This document shows positions 29,299 through 38,809 of a DNA stretch of 58,762 nucleotides, in pieces (positions within the stretch are counted from its first letter, which is position 1; each line of letters starts with the position of its first letter). The stretch comes from Bacillota bacterium (GTDB taxonomy: Bacteria > Bacillota > DTU025 > JANLFS01): the NCBI GenBank assembly GCA_024655925.1, contig JANLFS010000005.1, forward strand, positions 1 to 58,762, read 5' to 3'. Below the pieces are notes generated by a model. The model ran no database searches and was not told the origin of the DNA. It saw only the letters and a program-made list of their open reading frames with translations. Position numbers and translations under genes: made by a program.

Positions 29299-30498
29299 TT
29301 GGAAGCCATTAGAATCATTCACACATCCGACCTGCACTTAGACTACACCCTCACTGACTACAGGCGGGAAGTTCGAGCCATACGCCGGGCGGAACTCATC
29401 GAGGCTTTCAATTTCCTCGTCGATGAGGCGATCCGGGCTGAGGCGAAGCTTTTCGTAATCGCAGGGGACCTTCTCTGCGCGGAGTCGGTGGCGGACACGA
29501 CCATGGGGGTGGTTCGTGCCGGGTTCGCCCGCCTCATGAAGGCGGGCACTTACGTCGTCCTCGTGCCGGGGGAGGCGGAGGAGGGGTGCGGCCTCGATGC
29601 ACTGCAGGAGGTGGCCTGCGAAAGCAATGTGCACCTGTTCGCAGGAGAGGAGTGGGCCAAATTCACCCCGTTTCCTGAGTTCACAGTGTACGGCCTGCGA
29701 ACTACGGGTAGGAACGCCGGTTCGGCGGTGCTTGCGAACCTGGCAATCGAGGGCCCTGGCCGCCACATGGGTGTGATGCATGGGACGTTCTCAGGGACCC
29801 CCGGGTTCGAAAAGCCCCTATCCCCGGTTTCCTCTGAGGACCTGTCTGCAGCGGGCCTGGATTACCTGGCGTTGGGCCACTACCACAACATGGTGAACTG
29901 CTCCGTTGGCCGGGCGACATGTTGGTACTCGGGTGCCCCGGCACACCACGGGTTCGACACGAGGGGAGAGCGGCACGCCCTCCTAGTCACCTTCAGGGAC
30001 CAAGGCACAAGAGTCAGCCCGATCAAGGTCCCCAGCCGGGCGCAGCGGGTCATATGTGTGGACGTGACAGGGAAGTCCAAAGACCAGCTTTTCGCCAGGC
30101 TCAAGAGCCTCGAAAGCGAGGATCTGTGTCTCAAGGTTGAGCTCCAGGGACACTTGGACGAAAGAGACGCATCAGTCCCTCGGGAACTCGTCGAAGAGTT
30201 CTCTGGCCGGTTCTTCCACCTGGAGGTGGTGGATAGGACTGCTGTTGGACTGGGCAGGCGGGGGCGACGCGCGGAACGGCCCCAAGGTTCTGACCTGGGA
30301 CCTCCTGTTCGGGCATTTCTCCGGAAGGTCACAGAGATCTCGTCCGGGGCTCGGAGTGCGAGCGGGGCTTTCGGGGATGTGCCTGCTTCTGTGCTCGCGC
30401 GAGCGGTGAAGTATGGCCTCTCGGCGCTGGGGGAGGTGCGAGGGATTGAGAATCGAGAAGCTGGCGATTCAGGGAAGGGACAAGTACCCCCTGCTTGA
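29299..30498 (+). CDS. SbcD/Mre11-family (YhaO-like) metallophosphoesterase with a degenerate motif III
   Basis: Motif I IHTSDLHLD, motif II IAGDLL, motif IV VMHGTFSG and motif V LALGHYHN are present. Motif III reads VPGEAEE instead of GNH(D/E). TTG start behind GGGAGG. Confidence 0.7.
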   Translation: MEAIRIIHTSDLHLDYTLTDYRREVRAIRRAELIEAFNFLVDEAIRAEAKLFVIAGDLLCAESVADTTMGVVRAGFARLMKAGTYVVLVPGEAEEGCGLDALQEVACESNVHLFAGEEWAKFTPFPEFTVYGLRTTGRNAGSAVLANLAIEGPGRHMGVMHGTFSGTPGFEKPLSPVSSEDLSAAGLDYLALGHYHNMVNCSVGRATCWYSGAPAHHGFDTRGERHALLVTFRDQGTRVSPIKVPSRAQRVICVDVTGKSKDQLFARLKSLESEDLCLKVELQGHLDERDASVPRELVEEFSGRFFHLEVVDRTAVGLGRRGRRAERPQGSDLGPPVRAFLRKVTEISSGARSASGAFGDVPASVLARAVKYGLSALGEVRGIENREAGDSGKGQVPPA

Positions 30499-32839
30499 GC
30501 TCGAGTTCGCTCCTGACTTCTCGCTGATACTCGCGCGGGACCCCGAGATTCGGAGGCTGGTGGTTGGCGCTCTGGAGTCGTTGGGATCCCAAGGCGGGGC
30601 GATGAAAGACCCTGGCACGGCTGTGCGTTCAGCTGTGACCGTGGTAGATGAATCCGACCGCAAGCTCATGTTCGTCCGTGACTTCCTGTCAGGCGGCGGC
30701 CTGCGTGTCGTAGACCTGGACACCGGCCTCGAGGCACGTCCCCCTGAGCGGGTTGCCGAATCCCTTACGCTGCTCGATCGGGAGTTCGGCAAGCTAGACG
30801 GCAAGAAGGTGATCGGCAGGATCCCTCTCTCGGAGCTTCTGGGGGACGACGGTGTGAGGCTTGCAGGCGCTGTAGATATCATTGATGCAAGGATCGCCTC
30901 GGTGGAGTCACACCGCAAACCCGGGGCTGCCGATGTCCGCAATCGGATCTCTGAGATACTCTCGATGCGCGCGCGACGTGACGAACTCAGGGAGAGGTTG
31001 ACTTGGCTTTCGGAGCGCATCGTCTACCTGGATTCGCGGATCTCCTATATCGACCAGGCCTTGCGTGCGCATGCGGAGCGCAAAGAAATCGAGGAGTACA
31101 TAGCCAGGCTCAAAGCAGAGTTCGATACTACGAGGAAAAGGCTTTCCGACGTGACCTCCGCGGAGACATCCCTCGCCACGGCCAAGGCAGCGCTGAAAGC
31201 ATTTTGCGGGCGGGAGAGCGCGTTTGACCCGTCGATTGCATCTGAGATCCGGGCGCTCCAGAACACTCTGGGACCCCTGGAGAGGCAGGCGGTGGAGCAG
31301 GAGGCCCAGCAGTCCCAGTGGTCCGGGCGGTTCACCCGCCTCAAAGCGGATCTGGCATCGGTTGTGCAAAGCTTGGAGGAGATGGACTCGGCGAGGCTTT
31401 CGCGGGAGACGGCGGGACAGATCCAGTCACTCGCCATAAGCGTGGAGGAGCGCGAACTCCGTCTCGCGTCGCTCGAGGAGAGTATCGCCGCTCTCGACCG
31501 GGCTCTGCTCCGCCAGAGGCTCTGTGAGGTGCTGTCGCTCTCCGGCGGGATACTGACTGTCCTCTGTGTACTCGGATTCCTTTCGCCCGGCCGAAGCTTC
31601 TGGCTGTTCGGCCGGGCGATTCCAGGTAATCCGCTGCTCTTTGCGGGGCTCGCCACAGGTGTGGCTGCAGCAGCCATCGGCCTCATGGGCGGGGCGAGAC
31701 TCGAAGCGAAGCACGAGGCCAAGGAGAGATTGGAGAAGGAGAGAACAACCCTCTGGCGGCAGTTGGGTTGGAGCCGCCAGCAGTTGGCAGTGGTCCTGGG
31801 GGGCCACAGCCTGGAGCAGTACATGGCTGACCTCGAGACCCATAGGCGTCTGGTCGAAAGGAGGGCCGAGCTCGAGAAGTCCGTGGAGGCGGCGGGGATC
31901 GACCTGACTCGGGCGCGGAACGAGGCCGACCTCCTCAGGGTACGTATCCAGCGGTGCCGGGAGCGGCTCTCTGAGCTCCTGCGGATCGTGGGGTTCAGTT
32001 CATCCGCTAAGTACCTCGAGGAATGCGAGCACTACCGCAGAGTGGAGCTCGCAGCGGAGGAGGCCGCGGCAAGGCTCCGCTCGGTCCTGGGGAACCGGTC
32101 CAGGTGGACGCTGGAGACGGATCTTGAGATCATCGTGGAAGAGATCGCGTCTGCCGAGGCGGAGAGGGATGCACTTGCGGACCCCAAGACATCTGAGCGT
32201 GTCATGGATCTTGTGGAGGAGTACGCGCTCAAGATAACAGAGCGGATGGCGCTCGCCCGTGAATCGGAGATGGGCGCCGCTGAACTCGCCCGAATTGAAC
32301 AGGACCTGAGCGGTCTGGATATGTGGGAGCTGGCGAGCGATGCGGCGGAACTCGAGAAGGACGAGAGCGAACGCGGCGAAGACCGTGCTGCCCTCTCCAT
32401 CGCTCGTCTGATCCTCCTGGAAGTGATGGAGGACGCGGGCTCCTTTGCCGGGGCCAAGCTCGCTTCCCTGACTTCGGACATTCTCGATTTCATGACTGGG
32501 GCCGCGGGGCACCGGGTGGCTCATCGGATTGAAGGCGACGAGTTGGTGCTCACCATTGATGAGCAGGACGCGGATACGTTGGTTCGCGCCGCTCTCGCCG
32601 CAAGGCTCGCGGCGAGCGAGTGTGCGAACGGGCATGGGGTTCACCCCCTGCTGCTAGTGTACCCGCCACTACAGGCAGGTGTATGCAAGGGCAGAGCAGG
32701 GAGGCGCACTCAAGACGTGGCGAGACAGATACTTCCCGCGCTCAGAAAGCTTGCCCGCACCCGGCAGGTGATATGGCTCGCGGAAGGGGTGGACCTGGAA
32801 GAAGCCTTCCCAGAAGGCCAACCAGTCAATATCATCTGA
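30446..32839 (+). CDS. Rad50/SbcC/YhaN-like long coiled-coil protein lacking Walker A/B, with a central double TM hairpin
   Basis: The N-terminus (M)RIEKLAIQGRDKYPLLELEFAPDFSLILARDPEIRRL aligns to SbcC/YhaN heads, but the P-loop G-x4-GKS/T is replaced by ARDPEIRR. The C-terminal head has HPLLLVYPP where hhhhDE is expected. Two hydrophobic helices lie at about nt 31521-31700, flanked by long heptad-rich regions. The TTG at 30446 behind GGGAGGTG is preferred over ATG 30413. Confidence 0.6.
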   Translation: MRIEKLAIQGRDKYPLLELEFAPDFSLILARDPEIRRLVVGALESLGSQGGAMKDPGTAVRSAVTVVDESDRKLMFVRDFLSGGGLRVVDLDTGLEARPPERVAESLTLLDREFGKLDGKKVIGRIPLSELLGDDGVRLAGAVDIIDARIASVESHRKPGAADVRNRISEILSMRARRDELRERLTWLSERIVYLDSRISYIDQALRAHAERKEIEEYIARLKAEFDTTRKRLSDVTSAETSLATAKAALKAFCGRESAFDPSIASEIRALQNTLGPLERQAVEQEAQQSQWSGRFTRLKADLASVVQSLEEMDSARLSRETAGQIQSLAISVEERELRLASLEESIAALDRALLRQRLCEVLSLSGGILTVLCVLGFLSPGRSFWLFGRAIPGNPLLFAGLATGVAAAAIGLMGGARLEAKHEAKERLEKERTTLWRQLGWSRQQLAVVLGGHSLEQYMADLETHRRLVERRAELEKSVEAAGIDLTRARNEADLLRVRIQRCRERLSELLRIVGFSSSAKYLEECEHYRRVELAAEEAAARLRSVLGNRSRWTLETDLEIIVEEIASAEAERDALADPKTSERVMDLVEEYALKITERMALARESEMGAAELARIEQDLSGLDMWELASDAAELEKDESERGEDRAALSIARLILLEVMEDAGSFAGAKLASLTSDILDFMTGAAGHRVAHRIEGDELVLTIDEQDADTLVRAALAARLAASECANGHGVHPLLLVYPPLQAGVCKGRAGRRTQDVARQILPALRKLARTRQVIWLAEGVDLEEAFPEGQPVNII

Positions 32840-32907
32840 GCGTCGCAGGAACTCGAGGCGTGGTATGGAATTTCCTATGGGAATACTGCGCCGGGGAGGC
32901 TCTGCCT

Positions 32908-34158
32908 TTGCAGTTCGTCTCGGGATTCACCTGCGTCTCATGCGGACAGTCCGTGGGCTCCCTCCCAGTGGGCTACACCTGCCCGGTCTGCGGCGGAGTC
33001 CTGGACGTGAAGTATGACTATGACTCCATTGCCTCATCTGTTTCGCATGCCACACTTCGGGCAGATCCGGAAATCTCCATCTGGCGATACGAACCGTTCC
33101 TGCCGGTCGACCCGGGGAGTCCGCGACCCCGGCTCCGCGTGGGCGGTACCCCGCTGTATAGCTCGGAAGCGCTCGCATCCGAGCTCGGCTTGGCCTCCGT
33201 ACTTGTCAAAGACGACGGCATGAACCCGACCGCATCACTGAAGGACCGGGCATCCGCAGTCGCGGTCGCCCGGGCAATGGAGGCCGGAGCCACCACCATC
33301 AGCTGCTCCTCCACCGGGAATGCTGCATCATCGCTGGCCGGAAGCGCCGCATCGGTTGGCATGCGTGCTGTGATTTTCGTGCCCGAACGCGCCCCGGCCG
33401 GAAAGATCGCTCAGCTTCTTATCTTCGGCGCTGTGGTGGTACGGGTCGAGGGCAGTTACGAGGACGCGTTCAACTTGTCCTCCGAGGCCATTAGGGTATA
33501 CGGGTGGTACAACCGGAACGCGGCGATAAACCCGTACATGCTTGAGGGAAAGAAGACTGTGTCTTTCGAAATCTGTGAGCAGATGGGGTTTGACGTTCCT
33601 GACTGGGTCGCGGTGTCTGTAGGAGATGGGTGCACAGTTGCGGGGGTATGGAAGGGATTCCGCGAATTCCATAAGGTGGGCCTTATATCGAGAACCCCGA
33701 GGATCCTGGGGGTGCAGGCGGAGGGGTCGAATCCAATAAGCACTGCGTTCCGCACAGGACGACGCGTCGAACCAGGGCGCGAGGACACAATCGCCGATTC
33801 TATCGCAGTAGCAGTCCCGAGAAACCCCGATAAGGCCCTCGCTGCCATACGTGAATCCGGTGGGACTATGGTCGATGTCTCTGACGAGGAGATCCTCGAC
33901 GCCATGCGCCTTCTGGGCCGGACCGCAGGCGTCTTTGGGGAGCCCGCCGGAGTAGCGGGCCTCGCTGGCCTTCGCCGCTCTGTCCGGTCTGGCGTGGTTG
34001 ACCCCACATCTAGGGCCTGCGTGATAGTTACCGGAAACGGTCTGAAGGACATCGTCTCGGGGGCTCGGGCAGCCGGGGAGCCGATCACCATTCCTCCCGA
34101 CCTCGCGCTCCTGGACCGCAAGCTTGCAGCGGTCGCGCCATTTGCGATCTCGACCTGA
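32908..34158 (+). CDS. threonine-synthase-like fold-type II PLP enzyme with an N-terminal zinc ribbon
   Basis: CVSCGQ...CPVCGG ribbon, the PLP-lysine motif NPTASLKDRAS, SSTGNAASSLA, VSVGDGCT. The listed ORF start (32620) overlaps the previous gene. The TTG at 32908 has a GGGGAGG RBS. Confidence 0.75.
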   Translation: MQFVSGFTCVSCGQSVGSLPVGYTCPVCGGVLDVKYDYDSIASSVSHATLRADPEISIWRYEPFLPVDPGSPRPRLRVGGTPLYSSEALASELGLASVLVKDDGMNPTASLKDRASAVAVARAMEAGATTISCSSTGNAASSLAGSAASVGMRAVIFVPERAPAGKIAQLLIFGAVVVRVEGSYEDAFNLSSEAIRVYGWYNRNAAINPYMLEGKKTVSFEICEQMGFDVPDWVAVSVGDGCTVAGVWKGFREFHKVGLISRTPRILGVQAEGSNPISTAFRTGRRVEPGREDTIADSIAVAVPRNPDKALAAIRESGGTMVDVSDEEILDAMRLLGRTAGVFGEPAGVAGLAGLRRSVRSGVVDPTSRACVIVTGNGLKDIVSGARAAGEPITIPPDLALLDRKLAAVAPFAIST

Positions 34159-34252
34159 AGGACAACGGAGAGCGTGCCGGTCGGGGTACCCGGACCACCT
34201 GAGACACAATCGCGTCTGGGTGGCTGGAGACGGGACACGAGGGGTGTGGTCC

Positions 34253-35632
34253 ATGGAGGACCTCTTGATCCGGGGGGGCACAGTCGTCACGCCAGATTCA
34301 GCGGAACCTGCCGACGTGTGGGTATCGCGAGGCAAGATCGTATCCATCGATCCGCCTTCCGGCCCTGACGGGGGTGCGGCGGCGCGCGAAGTCGTCGATG
34401 CCCGCGGTCTTCTGGTTCTGCCCGGGGTCATTGACGCACATGTTCATTTCGGCCTCAGGTCGCGAAACGCGACAACCGCTGACGACTTCGCCTCCGGGAC
34501 CAGGGCGGCCGCCATGGGCGGTGTGACCACTGTCATAGACTTCGCAGACCATCTTCCAGGCCTTACCCTGTCTCAATGCGCTGCACTGCGCCTTGAGGAG
34601 GCGGCCCCTCAGGCCGCGGTGGACTACACGGTCCACCAGAACGTAACCAGGGTACGCCCCGGCATCGAGCGGCAGCTTTCGGACTTGAGGGAGTCGGGGA
34701 TCGCGAGCGTGAAGGTATTCACAACATACCGAGATGCCGGGTACATGCTGGACCCGGCTGATTTGGCTGCGCTTTTCCGCGCAGCGCGATCCAGCCAGAT
34801 CCTAGTCACGGTGCATGCAGAAGATGACGCGGCGATCTCTGCAGCCCGACAGGATCTCGAGAGTTCAGGCCGGACCGCACCACAGTATCATCCATGGTCG
34901 AGGCCGGCGCGAGCCGAGGCAGCAGCGGTCCAGCAGGTTCTTGGGGTGGCGTGCTCCGCCGGAGGAGCTGTGTACTTCGTGCATATCTCAACAGGACGCG
35001 CGGCACTGGAGATCATCCAGGCAAGGGAACGGGGGTGTGCGGCATATATGGAGACGTGCCCACACTACCTGCTACTGGGAGAAGACCGGTACACGGGGAA
35101 CCACCCTGGGTTGTATATCATGAGCCCCCCTCTAAGGACGCCCCTGGACCGCGCCACACTCTGGGGTGCTGTACTCGGCGGGCACGTGGACGTCATAGCC
35201 ACAGACCACTGCGCCTACACGGTTGCCCAGAAATCCCAAGCTACGTCCTGCTTCGACACCTTGCCCGGGATTCCGGGCGTTCAGGCTTTGCTCCCCCTCT
35301 TGTACACCTATGGAGTATGTGTGGGGAAGCTGTCCCTGCCTGACCTTGCGAGGATGCTCTCCTCAAACCCTGCTAAGCTGTTCGGGCTGTTTCCCCGAAA
35401 AGGCGAGATAGCCCCGGGCGCGGATGCTGACATAGTCCTCTACGATCCTGCTGGTACAAACGTGATCCGGGGGGAAGCCCTTGCATCAGCGGCGGGGTAC
35501 TCACCATTCGACGGCATGGAAGTGCGCGGTCGGGTCAACCGAGTCTTTCTCCGCGGAACCACGGTGGCGCATCGGGGGGAATTCACTGGGTCACCAGGGC
35601 GCGGCGAGTTTGCCCGCACTGCAGTTACTTGA
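34253..35632 (+). CDS. dihydropyrimidinase / D-hydantoinase (HyuA-like cyclic amidohydrolase)
   Basis: PGVIDAHVHF, the carbamylated-Lys context SVKVFTTY, VTVHAED, YFVHIST, IATDHCAY. ATG at 34253. Confidence 0.85.
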   Translation: MEDLLIRGGTVVTPDSAEPADVWVSRGKIVSIDPPSGPDGGAAAREVVDARGLLVLPGVIDAHVHFGLRSRNATTADDFASGTRAAAMGGVTTVIDFADHLPGLTLSQCAALRLEEAAPQAAVDYTVHQNVTRVRPGIERQLSDLRESGIASVKVFTTYRDAGYMLDPADLAALFRAARSSQILVTVHAEDDAAISAARQDLESSGRTAPQYHPWSRPARAEAAAVQQVLGVACSAGGAVYFVHISTGRAALEIIQARERGCAAYMETCPHYLLLGEDRYTGNHPGLYIMSPPLRTPLDRATLWGAVLGGHVDVIATDHCAYTVAQKSQATSCFDTLPGIPGVQALLPLLYTYGVCVGKLSLPDLARMLSSNPAKLFGLFPRKGEIAPGADADIVLYDPAGTNVIRGEALASAAGYSPFDGMEVRGRVNRVFLRGTTVAHRGEFTGSPGRGEFARTAVT

Positions 35633-35656
35633 GTCTCGTGGAAGGGAGTCTTGAGA

Positions 35657-36862
35657 GTGAACCACGTTACATCCGCAGTACTCGAAAGGGCAAAGGCATA
35701 CGAAGGCAAGATGGTGCAATTTCTCCGAGATCTGATACGTATTCCGAGCCCGAGCGGCAAAGAAGGCCCCGCCATGCGGCGGATTGCCCAGGAGATGCAG
35801 GAATTGGGCCTGCCTGATGTGTCCATAGATGAGATTGGGTGCGTGGTTGGCCGGCTTGGATCGGGTGATCTCAGGGTCCTCTACGATTCCCACATCGACA
35901 CGGTGGGAGTGGGTGACCCCGACGCCTGGGCCCATGACCCGTACGAGGGCAAGCTCGAGGGCGGTGTGATATACGGGCTTGGGGCTTCTGACAACAAGGC
36001 TGCCATTGTGTCCATGGTCTATGGCGCCAGGATCATGATGGACCTGGATTTGGGGCGGGGGGCCACCCTTTACGTCGCCGGAGTGCCTCAAGAGGAGGAT
36101 TCCGACGGGTGGGCGGTGGGAGAAATGATATCCCGGGGGTTTGTGACTCCTGACTGCGTGGTCCTGGGGGAGTGCACGAACCTGGGGATCAACCGTGGCC
36201 ACCGGGGCAGGTGTGAGGTCCTGGTGACGGCGCGGGGTGTCTCGTGCCATGCCAGCGCGCCTGAACGTGGTGATAACGCCATCTACAAGATGGTTCCGGT
36301 AATCCAGGCGCTCGAGGCTCTCTCAGCCCGCACCCTGGACGACCCCTTCCTGGGACGGGGGACCCTCGCAGTCACCAGGATCGAGAGCCACAGCGGCTCC
36401 CTGAATGTTGTCCCAGACAAGTGTCAGGTATACATAGACAGACGCATGACTCTCGGCGAGACCGCTGCCGATGTCATGGAGGCGGTGCAGGCTGCCGCCG
36501 GTCCTGACGTTTTGGTGTCGCTCCTGCGCTATGCCGAGTCAAGCTGGACGGGGTACCGTGCCGACATGGTGAAGGACTACCCAACATGGGCTCTACCGGA
36601 GGATCACCCACTGGTCAAGGCAGGTGTCGAGGCAGCCCAGGCTGTCCTGGGCGCGACGCCGCCGGTGGGGAAATGGGAGTTCAGCACGGATGGGGTGTCC
36701 ACCATGGGCAAGCATGGAATCCCGACTATCGGGTTCGGACCCGGGGAGGAGAAGTACGCCCACACAGTGCAGGACCAAGTCCCCGTGGACCACTTGGTCC
36801 GGGCCGCTTCATTCTATGCTGTCTTCCCGGGCGTCGCCGCGCGGATGATCTCGAGGCAGTAA
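35657..36862 (+). CDS. ygeY: YgeY-family M20 peptidase/amidohydrolase (selenium-metabolism-linked hydrolase family)
   Basis: Long stretches match E. coli YgeY as I recall it: FLRDLIRIPSPSGKE, HIDTVGVGD, RGHRGRCEV, GVSCHASAPERGDNAIYKM, FSTDGVSTMGKHGIPTIGFGPG. Confidence 0.8.
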   Translation: MNHVTSAVLERAKAYEGKMVQFLRDLIRIPSPSGKEGPAMRRIAQEMQELGLPDVSIDEIGCVVGRLGSGDLRVLYDSHIDTVGVGDPDAWAHDPYEGKLEGGVIYGLGASDNKAAIVSMVYGARIMMDLDLGRGATLYVAGVPQEEDSDGWAVGEMISRGFVTPDCVVLGECTNLGINRGHRGRCEVLVTARGVSCHASAPERGDNAIYKMVPVIQALEALSARTLDDPFLGRGTLAVTRIESHSGSLNVVPDKCQVYIDRRMTLGETAADVMEAVQAAAGPDVLVSLLRYAESSWTGYRADMVKDYPTWALPEDHPLVKAGVEAAQAVLGATPPVGKWEFSTDGVSTMGKHGIPTIGFGPGEEKYAHTVQDQVPVDHLVRAASFYAVFPGVAARMISRQ

Positions 36863-36893
36863 CGTCATTCCAGATGACGAGGGGGAATAGGAT

Positions 36894-37361
36894 TTGGAGG
36901 CTTCCCGCGTCAGGATGGTTGTCAATGGCCAGGAAGTCATACGAACCGTCCCTACATCCATGACACTCTTGGAGTTCCTACGGCAGGAACTTGGGCAGAC
37001 CGGCACGAAGGAAGGGTGCGGCAAAGGTGAGTGCGGCGCGTGCACGGTCATACTCGACGGGGCCGCCGTCGACTCCTGCCTCGTTTTCGCCTACCAGTGC
37101 CACGGCAAGAAGATCACCACCATAGAGGGGCTGGCGCGTGGAGGGAGGCTCGACCCTCTCCAGGAGGCTTTCATCCGCCACGGGGCTGTTCAGTGCGGTT
37201 TCTGCACCCCGGGGATGATAATGTCTGCCCGTGCACTCCTGGACTCAAGCCCTTGCCCCACTGACGCGGAAATCGCCAGGGCCATCTCGGGAAACCTGTG
37301 CCGGTGCACTGGATACAGGAGCATCATGGAGGCGATTCGGGATGTCCGCGACCAACGCTGA
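36894..37361 (+). CDS. molybdenum hydroxylase small (2x[2Fe-2S]) subunit, copy 1
   Basis: GCGKGECGACTV and QCGFCTPGM...CRCTGY motifs. Confidence 0.9.
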   Translation: MEASRVRMVVNGQEVIRTVPTSMTLLEFLRQELGQTGTKEGCGKGECGACTVILDGAAVDSCLVFAYQCHGKKITTIEGLARGGRLDPLQEAFIRHGAVQCGFCTPGMIMSARALLDSSPCPTDAEIARAISGNLCRCTGYRSIMEAIRDVRDQR

Positions 37362-38013
37362 CACCCCTCGGGTGGCTGCCATTGTGGTCGCGGCCGGAGC
37401 ATCGGTCCGGATGGGCACACCCAAGCAGCTTCTTCTGTGGGATGGTGTACCCATGATCAGGCATGTCACCAGAGTGTTCATGCTGTCCCGCGCAAGCGAG
37501 GTCATAGTGATGGTCGGCTGCCGCCCCTCCGAGGTCGGGGCGGAGGCGCTTGCCGGGTGGATTCCAGACGGGCACAAGCCCCTGACGGTCTCCATCAACC
37601 CAGACTGGGAGCACGGCGAGATGCTCTCTTCCATCAAGCGCGGCATCCAACTGTCGTCACCTGGGGTGGACGGATACCTCATCGGCTTAGCGGACCATCC
37701 TGCGGTGGACGGGAGCTCCGTCGACCTCCTCATATCGGCCTCTTTGGAGTGCCCGCCACATCTCCGCGGTGAGCGGGTATTTGTCCCCACCTTCCGCGGA
37801 AGGCGAGGGCACCCGGTGCTTGTTGGAGCGCGACTAGCACAGGAGATACTGTCGCTTCCTCCAGGCGGGACCCTCGCAGACGTCATCAGACCACACCTCG
37901 TGCCCGAGAGCATGGTAGAAGTGGACTCCGCCGGGGTACTGCTGGATATCGATACACTTGCGGAGTATGAGGCCGCAATATCACCGGAGGGCAGCGATGG
38001 TCGGGACGATTGA
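37342..38013 (+). CDS. MobA/MocA-like molybdenum cofactor nucleotidyltransferase
   Basis: AAIVVAAGASVRMGTPKQLL is the GT-A NTP-transferase signature. It overlaps the previous gene by 20 nt. The listed start 37231 lies inside the 2Fe-2S gene. Confidence 0.75.
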   Translation: MSATNADTPRVAAIVVAAGASVRMGTPKQLLLWDGVPMIRHVTRVFMLSRASEVIVMVGCRPSEVGAEALAGWIPDGHKPLTVSINPDWEHGEMLSSIKRGIQLSSPGVDGYLIGLADHPAVDGSSVDLLISASLECPPHLRGERVFVPTFRGRRGHPVLVGARLAQEILSLPPGGTLADVIRPHLVPESMVEVDSAGVLLDIDTLAEYEAAISPEGSDGRDD

Positions 38014-38809
38014 GATTCTGGAGAGACTGGTGGAGACTGTGAAGTCCGGGTCCGACGCGGCTCTTGTCACTGTTGTGTCTGCTCGGGGATCCTCCCCGGG
38101 TAGAGAAGGGTTCAAGATGGTAGTGGTCGAAGGCGGCAAGACCTTCGGCACGGTCGGCGGTGGGCCCCTCGAAGCCGCAGCGATCAAGGCTGGCCTGGAC
38201 GCGATTGCGGCAGCTGCCTCCTCTCGGGTCTCGCTTGGGCGAGAGCAGGGGGGGCTTGCGGCTCTCGGCATGGCGTGCGGGGGCGAGGTGGAACTTCTCG
38301 TAGAGTACGTGTCGGCGGGGCCCAGGGCATACATCTTCGGCGCCGGCCATGTCGGGCTCGCCGTGGGTGAGCTTGCCAAATTCGCAGGGTTCGGAGTGAC
38401 ACTCATCGACGACCGCGAGGAGTTCGCCAATCGTGACCTAGCGCCATGGGCAGATAGGATAGTGGTTTCGGATTTCCAGGAGGCTGCGTTGAGCATACCG
38501 GGAGGATTGCGTTCCTACGCGGTGATCGTCACTCGAGGACATGAGTGGGATGAGGTGGTCCTCGAAACGATACTCTCCCTGCCTGAGCAGCCCTTCTATG
38601 TGGGAATGATAGGCAGCCGCAGGAAAGTGCGGGAATGCTTCGCGAATCTCGAGGCGAGAAGGATCACGAAGAATGCCCTTGCCAGGGTTCACGCACCAAT
38701 CGGCCTCGATATCGGAGGCGTAACACCCCGAGAAATTGCCGTGAGCGTCGTGGCGGAGATGGTCGCCGCGAGGTACGGCCGGGACCCGAGGCACACGGAA
38801 GGAGAGTGA
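37997..38809 (+). CDS. XdhC/CoxI-family molybdenum hydroxylase maturation factor
   Basis: LVTVVSARGSSPGREGFKMVV, GTVGGG, and a Rossmann-like IFGAGHVG. Typical accessory gene of xanthine-dehydrogenase-family loci. Confidence 0.8.
   Translation: MVGTIEILERLVETVKSGSDAALVTVVSARGSSPGREGFKMVVVEGGKTFGTVGGGPLEAAAIKAGLDAIAAAASSRVSLGREQGGLAALGMACGGEVELLVEYVSAGPRAYIFGAGHVGLAVGELAKFAGFGVTLIDDREEFANRDLAPWADRIVVSDFQEAALSIPGGLRSYAVIVTRGHEWDEVVLETILSLPEQPFYVGMIGSRRKVRECFANLEARRITKNALARVHAPIGLDIGGVTPREIAVSVVAEMVAARYGRDPRHTEGE

Noticed and set aside
29093-29341. 82-aa ORF between the CRISPR repeat and the SbcD-like gene
   Set aside because: No RBS, an odd composition, and overlap with the SbcD-like start. 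The region is more likely a leader or promoter sequence.
32866-32880. Sigma-54-like TGGTATGGAATTTCC upstream of the ThrC-like gene. The E. coli-type cluster has a sigma-54 regulator.
   Set aside because: The critical -12 GC is CC, the -24 element is TGGTAT, and there is no enhancer-binding protein gene adjacent. This is not convincing.
33328-34431. 367-aa minus-strand ORF, plus the similar long antisense ORFs at 41138-42094, 47402-48211, 48918-49739, 24130-24903, 40280-41077 and 35591-36250
   Set aside because: Each is antisense to a plus-strand gene with clear family motifs (ThrC-like, FAD subunits, SsnA, pyrF, PreA, YgeY). All have low-complexity Arg/Pro/Ser-rich translations and no RBS context.
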